Shown piece by piece: positions 42,867-49,739 of a stretch of 49,739 nucleotides of DNA. The stretch's first letter is position 1. The number at the start of each line of letters is the position of its first letter. Under the pieces are notes generated by a model. The model was not told where the DNA came from and made no database searches. It saw only the letters and a list, made by a program, of their open reading frames with translations. The position numbers were made by a program, and so were the translations under genes. Source of the DNA: Malassezia furfur (lineage: Eukaryota); the NCBI GenBank assembly GCA_052055015.1, contig JBQJIT010000031.1; one strand, 5' to 3'.

Positions 42867-44528
42867 TTATTCCTCGATGTTCATCTCGTCTATGTCCTCG
42901 AGCAGCTCGTCCATCTCGACGCGCGGGAACTCGGCGTCCGAGCCGTCGTCGGTCTCATAGTCGGTCGAGAGACCATCGTCGTCCGCAGCAGCCGGGGCTT
43001 CGTCGCCTTCGTCCTGGTCCATCTGCGCCGGGTCGCGGTACTGTTGGGCGGCGGCCTTGCGCGCGCGGCGCTCCGCATCGCGCGCCTCCTTTTCTGCGTC
43101 GCGGTACAGGTTGACCGTCTGGCGCATCTCCTTGTCCTCCTCGAGCTCGCGCAAGAACAGTTCGTAGTCGCGCTCCACGCGCTGCGAATCCAGCCCACCG
43201 CGGCGACCGAGCGCGCCGCGGCCGACGGCGCCTTCCACCGAGGGATCCTCGGCCTCCTTGGCAATGCTTTTGAGCTTCCAGTTGCGCTTCGAGCGGCGCT
43301 TGCGCTCGGGGTAGCTCTTTTTCACCAGCACCACATCGGGCACACGCTCAGATGGGAGGGTATCCCACTCTGCCGAGTTGAAGTTGGCCGTGCGCAGGTG
43401 GTAGCCCATCACTGTGTCACCCGGCTGCAAAATGTGACCGAGGTGCGAGCGAGTATGGTATACCGCGTCCGCCTCACCAAACGACGTCGCATTCATGGGC
43501 GAGACTTGCACGTCCGCCGACAAAAACTTGGTCTGCACCTGGCCGTGCGGGCCGTGCGCCGTGTTGCCCGTGGTCTCGATGTCGAGCACCAAGAACTCGA
43601 CCATCTCGGGAATGGTGCACAGCGCAGGGAACGGGTCACGCCAGTATTTTTCCGCGGTCAGATCAGCCATCTGAAGCGTATGCGGGTCGATAAACTTGAT
43701 CACGTTGCTGATGCGGTACGGCAGCACCAGCTGCCCGATGCCGCCGAGCGACTGGGCAACGCGCGGCGGGAGACACACAAGGTCGTCCTTACAAATCGGA
43801 GCAATCTCAACACTGTAGGTAAACTTGTAGTTGCTGGTGCTCGTGTGCACATCCTTGCTGATGAGCTGCTCCGACTTGTTCATGCGCACGGGCACGACCG
43901 ACGCCAAAAACTCGCACATGCGGATGGCGTGTGCACGCTGCGCGTAGAAAAAGTCGAGACCGTCGCGCTTCTCCTGCACCGATATGGTCTCGCGGTGCGC
44001 ATTGTACTTGAGAATGAGTTGCTCCAGGTAGAGGAAGGTGCGCTTGTGCGCCACCTTTTGGCGCACCTGCACCGAGGCGCGCCACATGTTCTTGGCCGCG
44101 AGACGCGTGCAGTCAGGGCACTGCCCGTACTGCACGAGAAACTCGACCTCGAACACCTGTTGCAGAATCGTCGAGGTAAACACCTCTTTTTGCACGGTAA
44201 GCTTCACGCGCAGGCGCTTGCTGTGCGGTTCGGTCCAGATAAAGTTGGCATCAATCAGGCGCACATTCTTCAAACTCTTGAGCTTCTTTAGGCAAATCGC
44301 CAGTAGCTCGCGGCTCTCGGGCTGCGCGATGACCCACGTATTCGGTGGGTTGAGATACCGCTCGCAGTTCCGGCAGAAGTTCACGGTCGCCTGCTTCGGA
44401 ATCCACTCAGTGATATCAACCGTATTCCTCAAGCAGTTGGCGCACAGATTTGCATTGTTCGGCTCGATGGGGGTGCCACAGTCGGCGCACAGCACCATGT
44501 GCTGCGCCGGGTTCGCATGGTACTCCAT
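42867..44528 (-). CDS. NMD3: 60S ribosomal export adaptor NMD3
   Basis: CADCG...CANC...CRNC, FIWTEPHSKR, VQVRQKV.HKRTFLYLEQLILK, DYELFLRELEED.EMR and a C-terminal NES-like segment. Confidence 0.96.
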   Translation of the reverse strand: MEYHANPAQHMVLCADCGTPIEPNNANLCANCLRNTVDITEWIPKQATVNFCRNCERYLNPPNTWVIAQPESRELLAICLKKLKSLKNVRLIDANFIWTEPHSKRLRVKLTVQKEVFTSTILQQVFEVEFLVQYGQCPDCTRLAAKNMWRASVQVRQKVAHKRTFLYLEQLILKYNAHRETISVQEKRDGLDFFYAQRAHAIRMCEFLASVVPVRMNKSEQLISKDVHTSTSNYKFTYSVEIAPICKDDLVCLPPRVAQSLGGIGQLVLPYRISNVIKFIDPHTLQMADLTAEKYWRDPFPALCTIPEMVEFLVLDIETTGNTAHGPHGQVQTKFLSADVQVSPMNATSFGEADAVYHTRSHLGHILQPGDTVMGYHLRTANFNSAEWDTLPSERVPDVVLVKKSYPERKRRSKRNWKLKSIAKEAEDPSVEGAVGRGALGRRGGLDSQRVERDYELFLRELEEDKEMRQTVNLYRDAEKEARDAERRARKAAAQQYRDPAQMDQDEGDEAPAAADDDGLSTDYETDDGSDAEFPRVEMDELLEDIDEMNIEE

Positions 44529-44633
44529 CGTTGTCGGCGCCACACTTTTTTCCTAAGTGGAGGTCACGTGGAAGTACGGTGGCTGCGCCTGCCTGCCCCG
44601 GGGCCTCCACGCCGCCTTATCCCCGCACGCGCC

Positions 44634-45833
44634 ATGGTGCTCCAGCCTGCACCGCCGGTGAACGCGGGTGTGCGCCCGCCGCCGCCCGCCCACTTTGGCA
44701 GGTACCATTTCCCGTCAAATCTGGCCGCCCTAGGGCCTGCCGTGGCGTTCTCGCCGCGCGTCATGCCGCGTACCGCCGAGCCACGCGCACCGCCGCCCAC
44801 TGAAGCGCCACCGCCGACCGGCCCTGTGCGGATGTACGGCCCAGACGTCGGTGATCACTTTGCCCATCATACGCCGCAGAACGGTGATGCAGGCACGCAA
44901 GCACTGCCCACTTCGACGCTGTCGCAGTGGATCGACGGCGATTCGCGCCAGCAACTCTCGAGCCTGGACCTGTACGTCCACATGCACCGCACCGCTGCCA
45001 AGCTCGGCACCTTTGTGCAGGACACGACACCCGGTACACAGGAGCTTGCGCCGCCCGCGCTCAAGCTAGATCACGCCACCGCCAAGGCGCTGGAGCTCAC
45101 CGCACCGACACACACGCTGTCGATCGCGTGTGATTGCGTCGCGCCGCGCGCACGCCTGGATTTGTACGTGGTAGAGGCACAGCGTGCCTCGCATCCACAG
45201 GAACTGCCTGCGTCCGTGAGTCACGGTGCGCCGCATCCCCGTGGCTGGCGTCTGGCGTCTGCCGACGTGGTGCACGGCCTCGAAATGGGCGTCGTCCTGC
45301 CGCTGGTCCTCGACGAGCAGTGGACGCCGGCAGAGAGTGCCGGCCCGCTGCACCTCGCAGTCGTTATGGAGGCACTCGATGAGGACGGACATGTCCTTTC
45401 CGAACCGAATGCCGAGACAATGTACTTTACCGCCGAGCGCGTCGCGGACAGCGGCGCGTGGCGTTTGCACAACGGTGCACAAACCGTGTACATCCACGGT
45501 TTCGCGATGCAGCTGCACCAGTTGTTTGGCATGACGGCGCACCAGGATGGCCCAACGGTGCACGAGGGCGAGGAGGACACGTCGCATGCCATGGGGCTCG
45601 ACACGGACCTGAACAACGATGCCACCGAGTGTCCTATTTGCATGACGCTCGAGCCAACAACCATTCTGTTGCCATGCACGCACGCGCTGTGTCTCGAATG
45701 TGCCACGCGCATCCGCGAGAGCGTCGAAAAGTCGCGCACGCACGACGTCAACAATGGGCGTGCGCCGCGGCTGCGGTATGCATGCCCCATCTGCCGTGCG
45801 TCGATCCAGACGATGCTGGCATTGTCACGCTAA
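44634..45833 (+). CDS. C-terminal RING E3 ligase, MGRN1/LOG2-like
   Basis: QTVYIHG...LHQLFGM precedes ECPICMT...LLPCTHALCLECA...CPICR. Confidence 0.78.
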   Translation: MVLQPAPPVNAGVRPPPPAHFGRYHFPSNLAALGPAVAFSPRVMPRTAEPRAPPPTEAPPPTGPVRMYGPDVGDHFAHHTPQNGDAGTQALPTSTLSQWIDGDSRQQLSSLDLYVHMHRTAAKLGTFVQDTTPGTQELAPPALKLDHATAKALELTAPTHTLSIACDCVAPRARLDLYVVEAQRASHPQELPASVSHGAPHPRGWRLASADVVHGLEMGVVLPLVLDEQWTPAESAGPLHLAVVMEALDEDGHVLSEPNAETMYFTAERVADSGAWRLHNGAQTVYIHGFAMQLHQLFGMTAHQDGPTVHEGEEDTSHAMGLDTDLNNDATECPICMTLEPTTILLPCTHALCLECATRIRESVEKSRTHDVNNGRAPRLRYACPICRASIQTMLALSR

Positions 45834-45849
45834 GTGTAGTATAGAAGAG

Positions 45850-47099
45850 CTAGATCACATCGTCCATCTCGAGGTCTTCTTCGTCGTCGGCACCCGTGTC
45901 CGCAGGCTTCTCCGCGGGCTTCTCCGTGGGCTTCTCCGCGGCGCCTTCGTCGGTGCGCGCACGCTTTTGGGGGGCGCCGTCGGCGGTCTCGGGCTCAGCA
46001 GCGCGTTTTGCGTCGTGGTCGAGCTGCGAGGCATACCGCGTGTAGTAGTCGACGTCGACGTCGACGTCTAGGGCCTCGGGCGCGGCACTCGCCTCGGCGA
46101 CACTCGCCTCCTCGGCGCGGCGCTCGGCATCGACCTTGCCGAGGCCGGTCTGCTCGCCGCTCACCGTAGACGCCAGGTGCCACGCAGGCAATGTGTTTTG
46201 CGCACGCTGCGCCTCTTCCTCGCGGGCGCGCTGCTGCTGCCGCACCAGTTCGTTGGCGGGATCGGTGCCACTGAGCTCGACGGTGACCTGCGGCACCTTG
46301 GGCTTGGGCGGAGGGCGCGCACCGGGCACGAGCTGCGTATCGTCGCGCTCCGTCTCGGCTTTCCACGGCTGTTCCGCGGCATTCTTGGCGAGCCACGCGT
46401 GGATGTCCATGGGCGGCAGCGCGACGCCTTCGAGGCTGCGCAGCGCCTGCTGCACGCCGTGCAGCTGCTCGTTAAATCGGGTCAGGGTATCTTTGGATTT
46501 GCGCACATCATCCGCATCCTCGTTGTCAACCAGCTCCGTGAAGCAGCCGGGCACCTCACACACGAACACGTTGCGCATCGGGTCGAGGAGGTGGGCGACT
46601 TCGAGCGTGGAGTAGGACCGCTTGCAACGCGGGCACACGTATCCCTTGTTGTCGAGGCCGTTGCGCAGACGCATGTCAATGTCGCGGCGCATCGCAAGCA
46701 TGCGCCACTTGGTCACGTCCAGCACCTGCTTGTAGTCAATGTAGTAGTAAGTACGCGCGAATGAGCGGCTCATCGCGCCCTCCTTGGTCTCCTGCGTGCG
46801 GTGGATGGACAGAATGCGGTCCTCAATCATCTTGGCCGCGAGGGAGCCGAGGTCGCGGGCCTGCAAACCCACGCGCCGCGCGAGTACATCACTGGGAATC
46901 CTGCGTGAGCACGAAAAGCGACGACCTACACGACGACGCTCACGAGCTGGTCGATGAGCAGGATGTGCCCATCGTCATAAAACAGGCGTGCAATCACCTG
47001 AATCAACCGGCGGATTGCCGCCATCTGCGCCGGCGTCGCGGGCTGCGGCTCTGCCACGCCCGGCGCGGCGCTCGGCGCATTCGGGGCCGGCGACGCCAT
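45850..47099 (-). CDS. TFA1: TFIIE large (alpha) subunit, ~406 aa; intron 46901-46929 (29 nt)
   Basis: RLIQVIARLFY...LIDQL, YYYIDY...DVTKWR, zinc ribbon GYVCPRC...FVC...C, QNTLPAWH..STV and an acidic tail. Confidence 0.92.
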
Positions 47100-47142
47100 C
47101 GTCGCAAATGCACCGCATCCCCTCCACCCAACCTCGCTTTCC

Positions 47143-49584
47143 ATGCCCGCCGGCCGGGACGTGGCGCCGCCCGCGCATGGCGCAGCCGAGGGCCGCGAGC
47201 CAGCAACGTCGCCCACCGTGTTTTCGCTGCCCCACCACCTGATGGAGCGCTCCGCAAGCCGTTCATCCATCCCGGCCTCGCCCGACGAGGTGCCGATGCA
47301 ATCGCCGGGCCGCGAGCGGGCGGCGTCCGTGTCGTTCAAGCGGCGCGCGCCCCGCGATCCGCTCGGCACGGTCCGCAGTTGGCTGCGCGGCGGCCGTGAC
47401 CGCGCAAGCGTGCTCGAAAACCCCCACTTACGCCATCTGCGCGAGGCAACCGAGGGGTGGGAGCATCCCGCGCGGTACACCAATGCCTCGCACGTCACGG
47501 TCCCGACGATGCTCGCGACGCCCGAGTCGACCCCGATCCCACTGCTCCCGTACACGGTGCTGTGCCTGCTGATCTTCGGTGAGTTCTGCTCGGCAGGAGT
47601 CGCGGGCCCGTTCCTCTTCTTCATGCTCGACGACTTCCGCGTGGGCGACGAGAGCCAGGTGGGTTTCTGGGCCGGGATCCTCGCCGCCGTCTTCTTCTTT
47701 GCCCAGTTCCTCACCTCGTTACTCTGGGCCTCGGCCGCCGAGAAACACGGCCGACGGCTCGTGCTCCAGGTGTCGCTCGTCGGCAGCACTGTCTCGCTCG
47801 CCGCCTTTGGCCTCTCGCGGAATCTGACCAGCGCGCTGTTTTTCCGCCTTGCACAGGGCTTTTTCAACGGCGCCGTGGGCGTCGCCAAGGGCGCCGTGCG
47901 CTATCTTACCGATGAGACGAACGAGAGCCGTGCGTACGCGCAGATGGGCTTCTGTTGGGGCATGGGCGGTATCATTGGGCCGATCCTCGGTGGCCTGCTC
48001 GAGCATCCCGCGCAAAAGTATGCGTGGGTGTTTGGATCTTCGGCGTTCCTGCACAGATACCCGTACGCACTTCCGTGCTTCGTCGCCGCCTCATTCACGG
48101 CGCTCGGTGCGTTGCTCTCGCTGTTTTTGGAGCCGCACGCAGGACCGAAAGTCGTGCAGCTCCCCGAGGACGACGACGAGGCACACAGCGCACTCGAGGG
48201 CGACGGCTGGCGCAGCCCATCGATCGCCACGCCCAACGAGGACGACGACGAGGCGAACGAGGAAATGAGCATCTACTCGGTGCCGCACAGCACCACCCGC
48301 GGCCGGCGCAGCACACCGCACGGCGAGCTTGGACGCAACCCGAGCAACACCGGATCGGTATACGGTGCCAGCCCGTCGCTGCGCGGTATGTCGAATGACC
48401 CGCGGGGGCGTGCGTCGTCGAGCTACTTTGCGCCTTCGCTCCGCCGCTCGGGACGCACGCCGAGCGTCGGCACGGGGCGCCCCGTGTCCTTCTTTGCGCC
48501 GAGCGTCGCAGACGACCTCGACATGTCCGAGTCGCTGCGCCGTGAGTCCAACATGTCGCTGATCGAGCGTTTCGTGCTGGCCAACGACGACGCCCTGCTC
48601 TCCGTAACGGACTTGTGGGTTGCGGCGGCGACCCACGGCGAGGAGGCGCAAGAGAACGCCGACTCGACCCTCCGGCCCCAGTACCACGACGACGCCGAGT
48701 CGGTCGCGGAAGACGGCCGCATGTCGCCGTACAGCGAGGCGCCGCCCTTGTTCGGTACGTCGTTCCATGCCTCGGAGCGCGAGGCCGGCCGTAACGACCA
48801 TGGCTACCTCCCTCCGGCGCATTTCCAGCGCATGCACCGCACCCAGAGCCAGGCGTCGCACGTCAGCGGAAAGGCGTCCGTGCCGGAAACGGCCCCCGCG
48901 GAGGCCGAGGCCGAGGCCGAGCTCCCCGCGGTGCTCCCGTCCCTCTGGGCGCTGATCCCCGTGGTGATTGTGGTGCACTACGGCATTTTGTCGTTCCACT
49001 CGGCCACGTTCGACCAGGTATTCTTGGCGTTCCTTGTGACGCCCGAGCCGTCCGGCGGCCTGGGCCTCAACGCCGGGCACTACGCCGTGCTGATTGCGTC
49101 GATGGCGGTGTGCCAGCTCTACTTCCAGTTCCGCCTGTACCCCAACCTCGGCCCGCCCAACGGGCCGCTGTCGCACCTCGCCATGTTCCAGCTGGGCGTG
49201 ATGCTCTACTTGCCCTGCTATCTGCTCTTCCCCTTCCTACGCACCTTCCTCCTGCCCAACACGGACGTGCTCGTGATGCTGGCCATGATCGCCTTTGCGA
49301 CGCTGCGCTGGCTCGCGAACGTGGTGTCGTTCACAGCGATCATGGTGCTCCTCAACGCTTGGACGCCGCCACACCTCGTGCCGCTCGCCAATGGCCTCGC
49401 CCAGACGGTGAGCTCCGCGGCACGTTGCATCGGCCCGATCGTCGGCGGTCTTGTGTGGGCCAAGAGCATCCAGGGCGGCCCCACGGCGCACCCGTGGCCG
49501 TTCAACTACTTCCTCGGCTTTGTGTTTGTGGGGCTCGTGGCCCTCTTTGCAGGACTGCAGGCACGCTGGCTCAAGGACCGCTAA
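47143..49584 (+). CDS. MFS transporter (ZIFL/YCR023C-like) with a long cytoplasmic central loop
   Basis: VGFWAGIL..FFFAQFLTS..W...AEKHGRR, FRLAQGFFNGAVGVAK, GGIIGPILGG, YPYALPC and NGLAQTVSSAARCIGP. Confidence 0.9.
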   Translation: MPAGRDVAPPAHGAAEGREPATSPTVFSLPHHLMERSASRSSIPASPDEVPMQSPGRERAASVSFKRRAPRDPLGTVRSWLRGGRDRASVLENPHLRHLREATEGWEHPARYTNASHVTVPTMLATPESTPIPLLPYTVLCLLIFGEFCSAGVAGPFLFFMLDDFRVGDESQVGFWAGILAAVFFFAQFLTSLLWASAAEKHGRRLVLQVSLVGSTVSLAAFGLSRNLTSALFFRLAQGFFNGAVGVAKGAVRYLTDETNESRAYAQMGFCWGMGGIIGPILGGLLEHPAQKYAWVFGSSAFLHRYPYALPCFVAASFTALGALLSLFLEPHAGPKVVQLPEDDDEAHSALEGDGWRSPSIATPNEDDDEANEEMSIYSVPHSTTRGRRSTPHGELGRNPSNTGSVYGASPSLRGMSNDPRGRASSSYFAPSLRRSGRTPSVGTGRPVSFFAPSVADDLDMSESLRRESNMSLIERFVLANDDALLSVTDLWVAAATHGEEAQENADSTLRPQYHDDAESVAEDGRMSPYSEAPPLFGTSFHASEREAGRNDHGYLPPAHFQRMHRTQSQASHVSGKASVPETAPAEAEAEAELPAVLPSLWALIPVVIVVHYGILSFHSATFDQVFLAFLVTPEPSGGLGLNAGHYAVLIASMAVCQLYFQFRLYPNLGPPNGPLSHLAMFQLGVMLYLPCYLLFPFLRTFLLPNTDVLVMLAMIAFATLRWLANVVSFTAIMVLLNAWTPPHLVPLANGLAQTVSSAARCIGPIVGGLVWAKSIQGGPTAHPWPFNYFLGFVFVGLVALFAGLQARWLKDR

Positions 49585-49594
49585 TTAGATCCAT

Positions 49595-49738
49595 TTAGTC
49601 TAGAACAATGGCCGCGTCTTCCGACGAGCCCTGGGGTGCATCGGTGGTGTCGGACACCTTGCGCTTGGCCGGTACCTCGACGCCCGCGTCTGACGCACGC
49701 CGCTTGCGCCCGTGCCGCGGCGCCGCGGCCGCAGGCGG
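49595..49738 (-). CDS. 3' end of a gene that runs off the window (NLS-like basic clusters, SIM-like AIVLD* terminus; possibly UBA2-like)
   Basis: The minus frame reads PPAAAAPRHGRKRRASDAGVEVPAKRKVSDTTDAPQGSSEDAAIVLD*. Identity is a guess from the tail only. Confidence 0.45.
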   Translation of the reverse strand, partial: PPAAAAPRHGRKRRASDAGVEVPAKRKVSDTTDAPQGSSEDAAIVLD

Positions 49739-49739
49739 C

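Noticed and set aside
42852..44291. 479-aa ORF antisense to NMD3, and similar shadows such as 36209-37354, 15990-16901 and 48091-49176
   Set aside because: Same shadow effect: high GC suppresses stop codons in alternative frames.
45900..46070. Short repeats in TFA1 (EKP[AT] x3; GTCGAC x3) and in MAD2 (GCGCAG x3 at ~26891)
   Set aside because: Ordinary low-complexity coding slippage.

Overview
Very compact, GC-rich eukaryotic (fungal) genomic DNA. The gene content, density and tiny introns suggest a Malassezia-like basidiomycete yeast; that assignment is inference. I reconstruct 31 protein genes (the first cut at its 5' end) plus the 3' tail of a 32nd. Most are housekeeping genes: a forkhead TF, a class III aminotransferase, pyruvate carboxylase, RPS18, mitoferrin, TMEM135, MRPL15, eIF3g, VMA4, mL54, RAX1, a TBC GAP, YSH1, MCM4, MAD2, SIW14, ATP20, an EXPERA protein, PCBD, DIB1, DML1, VPS16, GSH1, a USP, UMP1, MTR4, NMD3, a RING E3, TFA1 and an MFS transporter, plus one orphan secreted/GPI protein. 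The main hidden feature is a U1 snRNA gene on the minus strand (about 14496-14722), absent from the ORF track. A 46-nt spliceosomal intron splits its 5'-splice-site-recognition sequence (ATACTT|ACCTT). Other points: 39 reconstructed mRNA introns, mostly 21-31 nt, nine of them 3n and stopless; one long, structured RPS18 intron; head-to-head gene pairs only 21-170 bp apart, many containing a CACGTG box; and convergent genes whose stop codons overlap. All calls were made by eye from the sequence; no database search or folding program was run.
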